From the sequence record PP359696.1: 64,000 nt of DNA, one strand, 5' to 3'. This document shows, piece after piece, positions 18,046 through 28,531 of this stretch. Every line of letters begins with the position of its first letter. The first letter of the stretch is position 1. Below the pieces are notes generated by a model. It was not told the DNA's origin. It searched no databases and was given only the letters and a program-made list of their open reading frames with translations. Source of the stretch: Escherichia phage Ge15. Made by a program: the position numbers and the translations under genes.

Positions 18046-20103
18046 ATGGAACTTATTACAGAATTATTTGACGGCGCTTCGGCGCCGGTTGTTAACTTAA
18101 ATCCTAAGCATAAAATACCTCAAATTTTTGCTATTCAAACCGGTGAAGAAAGCGTGCTTCCTGGATTTAGATTTTGTACATACACCTCTGGCGGTGATAC
18201 AAATAAAAACGTTAAGCCAGGCGATAAAATGATGCATATCGTAATGATAGGTGTTAATGAGAAACTATCATTAGTTAAACTTAAAAACTTGGGTGGAAAT
18301 CCAATTGGTGTCATTAATGCGGTTTTTGATACTGCTCTTCAAACAATGAAACAGTATAAAATTGACGCATGCCTATTCCGCGTACTAAAAAGTAAAACAA
18401 ATGGTGCAGCTCGTCAAATGCAAGTTATTGCTGACCGTTTAGTACGTACTAAAGGAGCAGGTCGATATGTTCTTTTAAAGGAAATCTGGGATTACGATAA
18501 AAAGTATGCATATATTATGGTTTACCGTAAAAATGCCAATTTAGAAGACATTCCAGGTGTACCTCCTATTTCAACTGAGTTATTCACAAAAGTTGAATCA
18601 AAGGTTGGTGATGTTTATGTAGATGTTAAAACAGGTAATGCTGTTCCTAAAGCTGTTGCTGTTGCTGCTTCTATTGCTTTAGAAAATGATAAGCGCACGG
18701 ATCAAGCTGTTATTCAGAAAACTAAAATTAGTCGTCGATTGGCAGCACAAGCTCAATATTCTACTGTCGATGCTTCGCTTCAGGGTGATAGCTTCGCTGC
18801 CAAGAAATATCAAGAGTTTGAATCTAAAGTTCCGGTATATAAAGCAGAAGGACCAATGAACTCTGGTGTTATTCAGATTGGTTCAAACTTCAGCAAAGGA
18901 GCTATCGGTGGTATGAGAAGTGCTTCTCGTTTTAAATCTAACGATTATGAACTAGAAAGCTTCCGAAATCATATTGCATTGGCTCATGCACGTTTACGTG
19001 ATCCGTCTATCAGACTGCAGAGCGATATAACACATCAAGGTTCTCAAGAATATTTAAAGAATAAAGAATTTTTTGATTATAAAACCGATAAAATTTTGAG
19101 CGATCTCGCTGACATTAATATTTCTAATAGCTTTGATGTTATTAAGAAAATTATCAATGATTTAGTTAAAGGTTCTAAAGCCACGCCAGACGAAAAGGTA
19201 GCTATTATTCAATTTGTTATGAATGGCATTTATAAATTGATTAATGAATCTGCTGCTCAGGCATATGAATACGCAAGCACCGAAGTAACTCCAAAAGGAT
19301 TAACTCAGGCTGAGTCTGATGTAATAGAAGATTATTGTGCAGATTCATATGTTGAAATGAACTCGTTCCTCTTGGGTAAACCAGATTCTACCCGTGAAGA
19401 ATACATGGAACGAGCTATTAAACACATCGAGACAATGGATTCTGCATTCGCTAAAGGTTCAGTTCTTCCTCCAGGAACTACGCTTTATCGTGGACAAGAA
19501 GTTACTTTTAAAACTTTACGTCATAATATTGAAAATAAAATGTTCTATTTCAAGAACTTCGTATCCACATCGCTTAAACCAAATATCTTCGGTGAGCATG
19601 GTAAAAACTATATGGCTCTAGATGATTCCGGCGCAGTATTTTCTGGCGAAGGAGAAGGTTCAGTTGATGCTGAAGATTTAATGCATATGGGTAGTCACTC
19701 TGCTTATGCGAATGAAGACGCTGAAACTAGCGTAGGTATGGTAATTAAAGGGGCTGAGCGAATCAAAGTTATCGTTCCAGGTCATTTATCAGGATTTCCA
19801 TCAGAAGCTGAAGTTATTTTACCGCGTGGAATTTTGCTGAAGATTAATAAAGTGAGCACGTACATGATGAAAGAAACTGCTTATAATAAGTATCTAATCG
19901 AAGGCACAATCGTTCCTCCTTCTGAACAATTAGAAGAATCGGTATATGATGGCGATCATCTAATGGAAACTGGTGAAGTTCGTCCAATGGCTGGGTTTAA
20001 TCAATTCCTTGTAGAAGAATCAAAAGAAGAGGAAAACGAAGTTTCTCAAATCTTGGCTTCTTTGGTTAACATCAACGGAATGTCTAAAAAGTTCAAGATG
20101 TAG
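18046..20103 (+). CDS. Alt-like mono-ADP-ribosyltransferase (paralog 2)
   Basis: 685 aa; same N-terminal MELITELFD and conserved first ~230 aa; divergent middle; retains R (LYRGQ), STS, ExE (EAEVILPRG). Confidence 0.8.
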   Translation: MELITELFDGASAPVVNLNPKHKIPQIFAIQTGEESVLPGFRFCTYTSGGDTNKNVKPGDKMMHIVMIGVNEKLSLVKLKNLGGNPIGVINAVFDTALQTMKQYKIDACLFRVLKSKTNGAARQMQVIADRLVRTKGAGRYVLLKEIWDYDKKYAYIMVYRKNANLEDIPGVPPISTELFTKVESKVGDVYVDVKTGNAVPKAVAVAASIALENDKRTDQAVIQKTKISRRLAAQAQYSTVDASLQGDSFAAKKYQEFESKVPVYKAEGPMNSGVIQIGSNFSKGAIGGMRSASRFKSNDYELESFRNHIALAHARLRDPSIRLQSDITHQGSQEYLKNKEFFDYKTDKILSDLADINISNSFDVIKKIINDLVKGSKATPDEKVAIIQFVMNGIYKLINESAAQAYEYASTEVTPKGLTQAESDVIEDYCADSYVEMNSFLLGKPDSTREEYMERAIKHIETMDSAFAKGSVLPPGTTLYRGQEVTFKTLRHNIENKMFYFKNFVSTSLKPNIFGEHGKNYMALDDSGAVFSGEGEGSVDAEDLMHMGSHSAYANEDAETSVGMVIKGAERIKVIVPGHLSGFPSEAEVILPRGILLKINKVSTYMMKETAYNKYLIEGTIVPPSEQLEESVYDGDHLMETGEVRPMAGFNQFLVEESKEEENEVSQILASLVNINGMSKKFKM

Positions 20104-20155
20104 TTTACAAGTCCCTCGTGTTGTGTTACAATAGTTTTACTGACATAACATGAGG
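20103..20155 (+). promoter_or_regulatory. Second copy of the GTTTAC + SD-sequestering hairpin cassette
   Basis: Near-identical to 1700-1752 (GTTTACAAGTCCCTCGTGTTGTGTTACA...CTGACATAACATGAGG); precedes ORF 20164. Confidence 0.55.
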
Positions 20156-20163
20156 AACACAAA

Positions 20164-20454
20164 ATGAAATCTTCTTTACGCTTTTTAGGTCAAGAACTTG
20201 TAGTTGAAGGCGTTATTCCTGCTGATAACGCTTTTAATGAAGCAGTTTATGATGAATTTATCAAAATTTTTGGAACAGATAAAAAGTTCGGAATTTTTCC
20301 TTCTGAAAATTTTTTAAAGCCAGAACAGACTGAAAGCATTTTCCAGGGTGTAGTAACAGGTAAATTTGAGTCAGAAGCTCCGGTAAAAATTGAAGTTTAT
20401 ATTGAAGACAGTTTAGTTGCTTCAGTTGCTGCTTTTATTTCATTCCGTAAATAA
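20164..20454 (+). CDS. Hypothetical acidic protein
   Basis: 96-aa ORF between the alt paralog and gene 54. Confidence 0.55.
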   Translation: MKSSLRFLGQELVVEGVIPADNAFNEAVYDEFIKIFGTDKKFGIFPSENFLKPEQTESIFQGVVTGKFESEAPVKIEVYIEDSLVASVAAFISFRK

Positions 20455-20460
20455 AAATAT

Positions 20461-20478
20461 GGGGACCGTTCGGTCCCC
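20461..20478. terminator. Hairpin at convergent gene boundary (plus ORF 20164 / minus gene 54)
   Basis: ggggacc-gttc-ggtcccc perfect stem; no long U-tract. Confidence 0.5.
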
Positions 20479-20482
20479 ATTG

Positions 20483-21448
20483 TTATATTGCTCCTAATAT
20501 TTTACTTTGCGAGTTGACAATTCCCGTCATAGTATTAATGTTTGAAATGCTTCCAGCAGTTCCTCCTAATCTACTAAGTCGTGAAAGCGAATTAGATAAT
20601 CCAGTAACACCTCCACTATTTCCGAGAACGCTTTGAATGCCATTTATAGCAGCAGATTCAAGCCACTCAAGCGCAGCTTGTCTATCAACCGACCCAGCCT
20701 GCATGACTCTATACGCAAAAGTAACATCAAATGTAGTTATTTGGTTATCTCCATCATATGATAACTCAGGAGCGCTCACTGACACTGGAATGCATCCGGT
20801 GAACATCACTGCAGTATGAGGTAATCCATTACGAGCATGAAGATTAACCTGAATATCTGCCTCGACATCTTGTGGCAAAGCACGCAGTCCAGTTACTGGG
20901 TCTTGAACAGCGTTAACCCAGTCTTGCATTGCACGATAGTTACAAGCTTCTGAATCCATTCTAAATGAAATAACCAAAGGGTCTAATTCTCTCCCAGTTA
21001 TACGAATATTAGGAGAGTTATAGTTCCAGTCAGTTTCATAGGATAATCTATTCTCTGGCATTTTTACAGAATATATCATCAATCCAGATGAATTATACGC
21101 CATATTAAAGAAGTCAATTAAATATGTACCAACTGTAAATGAGCCCAATAAACTTTGAACTGTACGTTGACTCATGGCACCAATAAGATATTTACTAACC
21201 CCTGATTTTCTTATCAGTTTTTGTGTGCCAGCAGTAATTAGCGTGGTAATTCCCTGATTAATATCGCCTTGAGTCAATCCTAACCAGTCTGAATTTAGAC
21301 CCAAGTTATTATAAGAAAAGTTGCTAATTGAACTTATCAACGAAGAGCTTTTAGTTGATGGAGTTGTCGCAAAAACGCAGCTAAACATATTATTACGTTG
21401 AAAATCTGCGTTTATTGCTTGATTATTAAATTCCTCTAAAGAATACAT
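20483..21448 (-). CDS. 54: Baseplate tail-tube initiator
   Basis: 321 aa; T4 synteny 54-48-29; length as recalled for gp54. Confidence 0.88.
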   Translation of the reverse strand: MYSLEEFNNQAINADFQRNNMFSCVFATTPSTKSSSLISSISNFSYNNLGLNSDWLGLTQGDINQGITTLITAGTQKLIRKSGVSKYLIGAMSQRTVQSLLGSFTVGTYLIDFFNMAYNSSGLMIYSVKMPENRLSYETDWNYNSPNIRITGRELDPLVISFRMDSEACNYRAMQDWVNAVQDPVTGLRALPQDVEADIQVNLHARNGLPHTAVMFTGCIPVSVSAPELSYDGDNQITTFDVTFAYRVMQAGSVDRQAALEWLESAAINGIQSVLGNSGGVTGLSNSLSRLSRLGGTAGSISNINTMTGIVNSQSKILGAI

Positions 21449-22542
21449 TAAAAAGTCCCCGCATATAAAGAAGCACGGTTTAACGTGATAATTTCTCTCA
21501 TAGTAATCTCAAGAGTAAATGTACTAGGGAGGTTTGGAGCAATAGCTAATCCGTTAAAGTTACCATTAGGCGTTTTATCAAATCTGATGCTCTGTATTTG
21601 GCATGGGCCAAATATTTCCGTTTTTCCATCAAACTTAGATGTTGCACCAAAGTTTTTCACCATCCAAATTGTCGGGTTTGAAACTACTAGAACGTTAGTT
21701 AAGCTCGATGTCATTTTCTCAAATAGTGTTTTATTTTTAGCTGCGTCTTCCGGAGATAAAGGTTCAATTAACGTAGAACGATACCAATCATCCAAATACC
21801 CCTTTATTTCAGCAGCATATTGAGATTTGCCCGTTTCACCATAAGAAAAATAGTTAAAATATTGATAGATATTGATAATAGCCATCAAATCTTCTGTTGA
21901 ACGTGGAGTCAAATCCCATGTAAACACTTTAGTTCTATTCTCAGCACCACCATACATACTTCTGGCTGTCGTATAAATCTGTTCATTATTATCAGCCATT
22001 ATACCTTGTGTTATACTTTCCAGTGCCCCAAATACTGCAGTTGAAGCAATATTACTTAACACACCAGTAGCAGTACCTCCGCCTCTGCTGATAAGACTTT
22101 CTTGAACATCATTAAATCTATGTGATGATGTATCAACGTCAGATTTAGATCTCGGTAAAAGAATGTTTGCGACAGGAGCTTTACTTATTGTTCCTGAATT
22201 ATTGTTTGATATTAATCCATTTGATAGTTTTGATACTGTACTACTAATAGTGTTTCTAGCTGTACTTAAAATACTCGAAGATGAAGAAGAGTAGTTAGAT
22301 CTCATCGATCTAAGACTTCCAGAATCCCTAGATGACATATTGTATGCAGTAAATAATAATCCATTCTTATATAGATCTGTTACCTGGAAGTCCCCTGTAG
22401 TGTCATTACCACTAGCACGCCCAGTTGGAAACTGGGCAGTGTATGTTTTAGTTACTACTTCTGATTTAGTACTCTGTCCGGCTGAAATTTTCTCACCGGA
22501 CTTTTTAATTAAATCAGCAGTTATTTCTTTAACAATTGCCAT
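21448..22542 (-). CDS. 48: Baseplate tail-tube cap protein
   Basis: 364 aa; synteny; length matches recalled T4 gp48. Confidence 0.88.
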   Translation of the reverse strand: MAIVKEITADLIKKSGEKISAGQSTKSEVVTKTYTAQFPTGRASGNDTTGDFQVTDLYKNGLLFTAYNMSSRDSGSLRSMRSNYSSSSSSILSTARNTISSTVSKLSNGLISNNNSGTISKAPVANILLPRSKSDVDTSSHRFNDVQESLISRGGGTATGVLSNIASTAVFGALESITQGIMADNNEQIYTTARSMYGGAENRTKVFTWDLTPRSTEDLMAIINIYQYFNYFSYGETGKSQYAAEIKGYLDDWYRSTLIEPLSPEDAAKNKTLFEKMTSSLTNVLVVSNPTIWMVKNFGATSKFDGKTEIFGPCQIQSIRFDKTPNGNFNGLAIAPNLPSTFTLEITMREIITLNRASLYAGTF

Positions 22543-22550
22543 ATTATTCC

Positions 22551-24323
22551 TTAATTAACTCCAGTCGCATCAAATACACCAGGAGCAGTCGTGCTCGTTA
22601 CGGGTGTCATATTATGAACGACAGTATTTTTCTTAACAACATTATTAGTATTATTGATCGAAGGAGATGCTTGTTGAACAGGAGCTTGCTGTGCTTTGTT
22701 CTTTTCTATTACCTGGACTTGTTTTGCTTCTGGCGATTTAGCAGAAGTTTGAGGTTTGGCATTAGGCTGATTTTTCTTGAGCTCTTGATAAGTAGCATCA
22801 ATTTTAGAAAATCTAGCAGCAAGTTCTTTTTTAACTGCCGGTGAATTATTTAAATCCGGATCATCCATCCGTTTTTTAAGGTCTTCATAAGCAGCTTCAA
22901 CTGATTTAACCGTTGAGTCTTTACTCATATCAGCTGAATTAGCATATTCATCAAAACGATTCATAGCAGCGCGAGCTTCATTAGCTTTCATTAAAGCAAT
23001 TTTAGCTTCCTCCGGAGAAAGTTGCTTTAATTTTTCTTCTTCCTCTGCTCTCTCTTCATCAGTCGTTAGTGCTTCTTTATTATCAACACCACGAATCCAG
23101 TTAGATGCACGAGTTTTCCAGTTCGCAATTTTGTCTAGTCCTTTTGCTATTGGACCAAGATCGCCATTCATTCTTTTATATTGATAATTTGCAACTTTTT
23201 CTTGGTCTTCTTTGCTAAGAGAAGCATTTGTAGTGTTTTGGAAATTTTCTAGTGCTCTTCCTTCTACTTCGTCAGCAGTGTCTTTCATGCCAGGAATGAC
23301 TCGAAGAATTGCAGCAGATAATTTAGCCATTCCAAGTTGAATAAGCTCTCCTAAATTAAAAAGAACCTTTCCAAGCCCTTCTACAATAGCTGCTGTCAAT
23401 CCGCCCCAATCTCCAGCTTCCCACAGCTTCTTAATTTTATCAATAGAACTAAAGATGCTCTGTAATAAAGGGCCCCATGTTCCGGTTTCGCTAGAGAATT
23501 TAGTAAAGTCTGTACTAAACAAATCCCAAGCCTGTGAAAATTTATCTGACCAATATTTGAAATGAACCATCAGCAGGTCTATTCCGACAACAACAGCCAA
23601 TATCATTGCAGTCATTTTAGCAGCTTCAATAGCAGCACTGACTGTATACTTAAATAGCATGCTTGATATTTTATCAGTAATTGAAATAGATTTCTTAAAT
23701 CCGAAATCAACAGTCTTTGTTAATTTATCTAAAGCTTGAGATAATTTTAAGTTAAATGCATCTTTTTTCTGTTTTTCTTCTGGCGATTCTTGTTTAGGTT
23801 CAACTGGCTGAGGGGTAGGGAAAAAATCAGCATCAGGATCATTATTAACTGCTTCAGGAGCCGGTAATAAAGGACCAACAGATTCAGCTGTATCGTCCTC
23901 AACAACTTTAACAGGAATAGCGCTTTCAACCGTGGCTAAACTAGTTCCAGTCTGTTGAATTCCAGCTGTCTGGATTTTTTGCTCTAGTAAACTTGTTAAT
24001 TTATCTAATTTGCTCCCGAGTGATTCACCGATTTCTTTATTAATATTGTTGCCAATTTCAACAGTTTCAGCAATTAACTCAGAACCAGCAGTAGTATCAC
24101 TCACTGCGCTTTCTACATTGTCAATTGCTCCAATTATTTCATTCGATTTTTCTTCGACAGTTTGAGCAATTAATTCAGAAGCAGCTTGAGCATCATCCAA
24201 TTTCGTAGATATATCGTTAAGCCCAGATAAAGTGTTGGAAGCGGATTTAGCCGCTTCCTGTGTTGGTTTATTATCTGAAATAACTTTTCTACGCATCGTT
24301 TGCATTTCTTGTGGCTTTTTCAT
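22551..24323 (-). CDS. 29: Tail length tape-measure / baseplate hub protein
   Basis: 590 aa; coiled-coil-rich; length and position as T4 gp29. Confidence 0.88.
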   Translation of the reverse strand: MKKPQEMQTMRRKVISDNKPTQEAAKSASNTLSGLNDISTKLDDAQAASELIAQTVEEKSNEIIGAIDNVESAVSDTTAGSELIAETVEIGNNINKEIGESLGSKLDKLTSLLEQKIQTAGIQQTGTSLATVESAIPVKVVEDDTAESVGPLLPAPEAVNNDPDADFFPTPQPVEPKQESPEEKQKKDAFNLKLSQALDKLTKTVDFGFKKSISITDKISSMLFKYTVSAAIEAAKMTAMILAVVVGIDLLMVHFKYWSDKFSQAWDLFSTDFTKFSSETGTWGPLLQSIFSSIDKIKKLWEAGDWGGLTAAIVEGLGKVLFNLGELIQLGMAKLSAAILRVIPGMKDTADEVEGRALENFQNTTNASLSKEDQEKVANYQYKRMNGDLGPIAKGLDKIANWKTRASNWIRGVDNKEALTTDEERAEEEEKLKQLSPEEAKIALMKANEARAAMNRFDEYANSADMSKDSTVKSVEAAYEDLKKRMDDPDLNNSPAVKKELAARFSKIDATYQELKKNQPNAKPQTSAKSPEAKQVQVIEKNKAQQAPVQQASPSINNTNNVVKKNTVVHNMTPVTSTTAPGVFDATGVN

Positions 24324-24853
24324 TCAAATAATCCAATAATATTACCAATTCCAGTTATTGGACCATTAGGGCCAGGAATTGCTAAAGTTGTAAAAATATC
24401 ATTTGCCCATTTTAAAACAAATGCTGGCATCTCAAGAAAATTAATTTCTTTAACTTCATCATTGACCTTAAGCAAGCATTTGGATAACATATCGCTCACC
24501 GTTAAAAATTGTTCAAATTTTCCAGGCGGTCTAAAATAAAATGTATTTCCTTGGTATTGAAATTCTAATCTTTGGCATACATAAACATCATTAATGTCAT
24601 AAGTATAACGATCTATTTCTTTACGAGATTTAATCTTTCCATTAAATTCCAATAAATGAATGGAAACGAAATCAACTTCTGCCGGTGATAAATTCGGGCA
24701 AATAGAATCAATAAGAAGTTTTAAATTTTCATCAGGACCTTTAACATCTTTTAAAATGTTATAATGTTTAAGACCCATTTTAGGAATAGAAACTTCTTTA
24801 TTGCTTATTGGAAGAACTACTTTCTTCAGTGGTAGTATCAGATTTAAATTCAT
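24320..24853 (-). CDS. 28: Baseplate hub distal subunit
   Basis: 177 aa; synteny. Confidence 0.85.
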   Translation of the reverse strand: MNLNLILPLKKVVLPISNKEVSIPKMGLKHYNILKDVKGPDENLKLLIDSICPNLSPAEVDFVSIHLLEFNGKIKSRKEIDRYTYDINDVYVCQRLEFQYQGNTFYFRPPGKFEQFLTVSDMLSKCLLKVNDEVKEINFLEMPAFVLKWANDIFTTLAIPGPNGPITGIGNIIGLFE

Positions 24854-25973
24854 TTTTAACCTTAACTGGGTCTATTGTTTCCAGTTTCGTTGCATTAGTG
24901 AACATATATAGATGAGTTACTGAATTATTATTAGATAATTCGTGGATAACTTCATCAACGTAAAATTCTGTTTTAAATTGGTTTTTACTATCATTAAAAA
25001 TAATTTTAACGCCAGGAGTCAAGTTAAAATTACCGACAGTAGAACATTTAGCATAGCCATCGTATTGTGCCATAGTTTGAAGACGAATAGCTTCTTCATA
25101 TCCATTCCTATAAGTCATTTCAGAATAAGCACCTGACCTTGACACTACAATAGAGTTTTCTCCCTTTCCTGTAGTAATCATTGGCAATGAAGAATCTAAA
25201 AATGAATGCGCATAGATAGTAGCGTTTTTCATTGGGTCACGTTTGTGAGGATTTGATTTAGTCAACCAAACGAAATCATATGCTAATGGATATTTTAATT
25301 CTTGGATGAATTGACCTATTAAAGATGGCTCACCGACAATCATTGGATACGGTTCTTGATTTATCATCATATCATAGTCCATCATGTTAACTCCCATGAT
25401 GTCTTGCCACACAAATACAAATTTGTCACTTCCTACAGCTAGAGCAACTTCTCTAACATACGACAAATAGTTTTCAAATGTGCTAGTCCATGGAATATCA
25501 GGAACATAAGCATTTATAGCATTTATTGCTGGAGTTAATAACGTGCGATCCTGATAAATGACACCAAGCATTTCCTTTATAGATTCACCTGCATCAGAGA
25601 AAAACGGTCTGCCAAATTTAAGATTTTCTATAGAATGAATAGTTCCCAATTCAATAGCAATGATGTTATCACCCTTTGAATCTACTGACACTGAAAAATG
25701 CTTACATCCATAAATTCGTGTTTTAACATTATTAATATCATTTGCATTAGCTACAGAAATCTGAATTATTTCATTTCCATCCATTTTTGTATGGATATTT
25801 TTAGAATCATAAAACTGCAGCATTCCTTCATTTCGGCCATAAAGAGAATCCCGCATAGTTAATGTGGTAATAGTAGCAGCTAATTCAACAAATCTATTAT
25901 TACTCCAAGCGTCGTAGCTATCAAATAATTTAACGCTGAGATTTGGATATCCTGGGCGTTGCAACATACTCAT
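24798..25973 (-). CDS. 27: Baseplate hub subunit
   Basis: 391 aa; synteny and length as T4 gp27. Confidence 0.9.
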   Translation of the reverse strand: MSMLQRPGYPNLSVKLFDSYDAWSNNRFVELAATITTLTMRDSLYGRNEGMLQFYDSKNIHTKMDGNEIIQISVANANDINNVKTRIYGCKHFSVSVDSKGDNIIAIELGTIHSIENLKFGRPFFSDAGESIKEMLGVIYQDRTLLTPAINAINAYVPDIPWTSTFENYLSYVREVALAVGSDKFVFVWQDIMGVNMMDYDMMINQEPYPMIVGEPSLIGQFIQELKYPLAYDFVWLTKSNPHKRDPMKNATIYAHSFLDSSLPMITTGKGENSIVVSRSGAYSEMTYRNGYEEAIRLQTMAQYDGYAKCSTVGNFNLTPGVKIIFNDSKNQFKTEFYVDEVIHELSNNNSVTHLYMFTNATKLETIDPVKVKNEFKSDTTTEESSSSNKQ

Positions 25974-26722
25974 TATTGTTTATCCTTCTCAATCAGTTTT
26001 AATACGAATCCGCGCTCAGCAGGAATCATTTTCATTATTGAATTTAAGCTATAATTACTTTTTACGAGTGTGTGATTAATTTGATAAAAAGTAAATATTT
26101 CATCTGGGTTAACTAATAGCTTAAACACATCTACTATATCAGTGTATTTTTTTACATACTTATTACAACATGACATATGTAATGTTAAATTAATAGGATT
26201 CATTGCATCGAGAATTTTTTCTAATGTTTCTATCTCGATGGCATCAGCAAGTTCTATTTGACTTGATTCGCTAATTTCCTTCCAGTCATACCACATTTCA
26301 TCTACTTGAACGGAATGAATATTTTCAGTAATCATCTTTGCTTTATTTTCATAAAACTCAGAAGGAAACTTTAATTTAATTTTAACATTAGCTACATCAA
26401 AAACAGGTTCCTTTAATTCTTTTTGATATATTTCAAATGGAACTGTCTTTTCTTTTTTACATTTTGGACATACAAATGTGACCGGTACTTTAGTTTTACC
26501 TATTGACCCTACAAATACCTGCAAAAATATAAATGGTTGCCAAGTCTTCGGATAGTCTCCAAAATAATCGGCAATTAAATCAGCAATTATTTCTTTTTGT
26601 TCTTGTGGTGACCGATGTTCTATATCGTTTCGAACTAACAAAAAATCTCGATAATCTTCTACCGTAAATGGTTTAAAACGATGAACACCATCTGGTAATT
26701 TACAACGAATAATGTTTGCCAT
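25973..26722 (-). CDS. 51: Baseplate hub assembly catalyst
   Basis: 249 aa; synteny and length as T4 gp51. Confidence 0.85.
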   Translation of the reverse strand: MANIIRCKLPDGVHRFKPFTVEDYRDFLLVRNDIEHRSPQEQKEIIADLIADYFGDYPKTWQPFIFLQVFVGSIGKTKVPVTFVCPKCKKEKTVPFEIYQKELKEPVFDVANVKIKLKFPSEFYENKAKMITENIHSVQVDEMWYDWKEISESSQIELADAIEIETLEKILDAMNPINLTLHMSCCNKYVKKYTDIVDVFKLLVNPDEIFTFYQINHTLVKSNYSLNSIMKMIPAERGFVLKLIEKDKQ

Positions 26723-26739
26723 AGATGCTCCTTTTATTC

Positions 26740-26751
26740 TATTTATAAATA
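26740..26751. promoter_or_regulatory. Overlapping divergent late promoters (TATTTATAAATA) for gene 51 (minus) and gene 26 (plus)
   Basis: Minus-strand TATAAATA at 26740-26747, plus-strand TATAAATA at 26744-26751; both about 18-22 nt from their start codons. Confidence 0.65.
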
Positions 26752-26772
26752 TGATAAATAAAGGAGCTAAAT

Positions 26773-27399
26773 ATGTATGAATACAAATTTGATGTGAGAG
26801 TTGGTTCTAAAATAATCAACTGTCGCGCATTTACTCTTAAAGAATATCTAGAACTTATTACTGCTAAAAAGAACGGTTCAGTAGAAGAGATCGTTAAAAA
26901 GCTAATTAAAGAATGCACAAATGCAAAAGATTTAAACCGCCAAGAATCAGAACTACTATTGATTCATTTATGGGCGCATTCTCTTGGAGAAGTTAATCAC
27001 GAAAACTCCTGGAAGTGCATCTGTGGAACTGAAATACCAACCCATATAAATCTATTACATACACAAATAGATGCACCAGAAGACCTCTGGTATACACTGG
27101 GTGACATTAAAATTAAGTTCCATTACCCTAAAATTTTTGATGATAAAAATATAGCCCACATGATAGTATCATGTATAGAAACGATTCATGCTAACGGTGA
27201 AAGCATTCCAGTTGAAGACTTAAATGAAAAAGAGTTGGAAGATTTATATTCTATCATCACAGAGTCAGATATTGTAGCTATAAAAGATATGCTTTTAAAG
27301 CCTACTGTTTATTTGGCTGTTCCAATTAAATGTCCAGAGTGTGGAAAATCTCACGCTCATGTAATAAGAGGACTCAAAGAATTCTTTGAGCTATTGTAA
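26773..27399 (+). CDS. 26: Baseplate hub subunit
   Basis: 208 aa; SD aaggag; synteny. Confidence 0.85.
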   Translation: MYEYKFDVRVGSKIINCRAFTLKEYLELITAKKNGSVEEIVKKLIKECTNAKDLNRQESELLLIHLWAHSLGEVNHENSWKCICGTEIPTHINLLHTQIDAPEDLWYTLGDIKIKFHYPKIFDDKNIAHMIVSCIETIHANGESIPVEDLNEKELEDLYSIITESDIVAIKDMLLKPTVYLAVPIKCPECGKSHAHVIRGLKEFFELL

Positions 27400-27797
27400 T
27401 GGCAAATATTAATAAGCTTTATTCTGACATTGACCCAGAAATGAAAATGGATTGGGACAAAGATGTTTCTAGATCCCTTGGATTAAGGTCAATTAAAAAT
27501 AGCCTTTTGGGAATTATTACAACCAGAAAAGGGTCGAGACCATTTGACCCGGAATTTGGATGTGATTTATCTGACCAGCTTTTTGAGAATATGACTCCTC
27601 TTACTGCTGATACTGTTGAGCGTAACATTGAAAGCGCAGTAAGAAACTACGAGCCGCGTATTGATAAATTAGCAGTTAATGTAATACCAGTTTATGATGA
27701 TTATACTCTGATAGTAGAAATACGCTTTTCGGTCATCGATAACCCTGATGATATTGAGCAGATAAAACTACAACTGGCTTCCAGTAACAGAGTATAA
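27399..27797 (+). CDS. 25: Baseplate wedge subunit (lysozyme-fold gp25)
   Basis: 132 aa [28 protein letters not shown]...; matches recalled T4 gp25. Confidence 0.92.
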   Translation: MANINKLYSDIDPEMKMDWDKDVSRSLGLRSIKNSLLGIITTRKGSRPFDPEFGCDLSDQLFENMTPLTADTVERNIESAVRNYEPRIDKLAVNVIPVYDDYTLIVEIRFSVIDNPDDIEQIKLQLASSNRV

Positions 27798-27823
27798 TGC
27801 TTCACGTATAAACGTGGTATAAT
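27798..27823 (+). promoter_or_regulatory. MotA-dependent middle promoter upstream of uvsY (the position of T4 origin oriF/ori(uvsY))
   Basis: MotA-box-like aTGCTTcA at 27798-27804 and TATAAT at 27818-27823 with about 13-bp spacing. Confidence 0.6.
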
Positions 27824-27863
27824 GAATCTAAGTCCATCCAATAACAATTGAATAGAGAACAAT

Positions 27864-28277
27864 ATGAAATTAGAAGATCTTCAAGAAGAATTGAAGAAAG
27901 ATGTGTTTATAGATTCGACTAAATTACAGTATGAAGCAGCTAATAATGTGATGTTATATAGTAAATGGCTCAATAAGCATTCAAGTATTAAAAAGGAAAT
28001 GCTTAGAATTGATGCACAGAAAAAAGTTGCTCTTAAAGCTAAATTAGACTACTACTCGGGACGAGGAGATGGTGATGAATTTAGTATGGATCGTTACGAG
28101 AAATCAGAAATGAAAACAGTTCTATCAGCTGATAAGGATGTTTTAAAAGTTGATACTTCATTGCAATATTGGGGAATTTTATTGGATTTCTGTAGCGGAG
28201 CTCTTGATGCTATTAAATCACGCGGATTTGCTATTAAGCATATTCAAGACATGCGAGCATTTGAGGCTGGAAAATAA
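27864..28277 (+). CDS. uvsY: Recombination mediator UvsY
   Basis: 137 aa MKLEDLQEELKKDVFIDSTKLQYEAANN...; matches recalled T4 UvsY. Confidence 0.95.
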   Translation: MKLEDLQEELKKDVFIDSTKLQYEAANNVMLYSKWLNKHSSIKKEMLRIDAQKKVALKAKLDYYSGRGDGDEFSMDRYEKSEMKTVLSADKDVLKVDTSLQYWGILLDFCSGALDAIKSRGFAIKHIQDMRAFEAGK

Positions 28278-28501
28278 TGAAATATAGCATTGATGATGCT
28301 TTTAATTATGAAGAAGAATTCGAAACGGAAATTCAATTCTTAATGAAAAAGTATAATCTCAAGCGTCAGGATATTCGTATCCTGGCCGACCACCCATGCG
28401 GTGAAGATGTACTTTATGTTAAAGGAAAATTTGCCGGATATCTTGATGAATATTTTTATTCTAAAGATATGGGCATTGATATGCATATGAGAGTTATATA
28501 A
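28277..28501 (+). CDS. Hypothetical protein uvsY.-1
   Basis: 74-aa ORF coupled to uvsY. Confidence 0.65.
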   Translation: MKYSIDDAFNYEEEFETEIQFLMKKYNLKRQDIRILADHPCGEDVLYVKGKFAGYLDEYFYSKDMGIDMHMRVI

Positions 28502-28531
28502 ATAGATATATATAATTTAGAGGAGACAATC

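Noticed and set aside
15946-20103. Tandem alt genes as an assembly duplication artefact
   Set aside because: The two copies are clearly diverged through most of their length rather than identical, so they are not a collapsed or expanded repeat.
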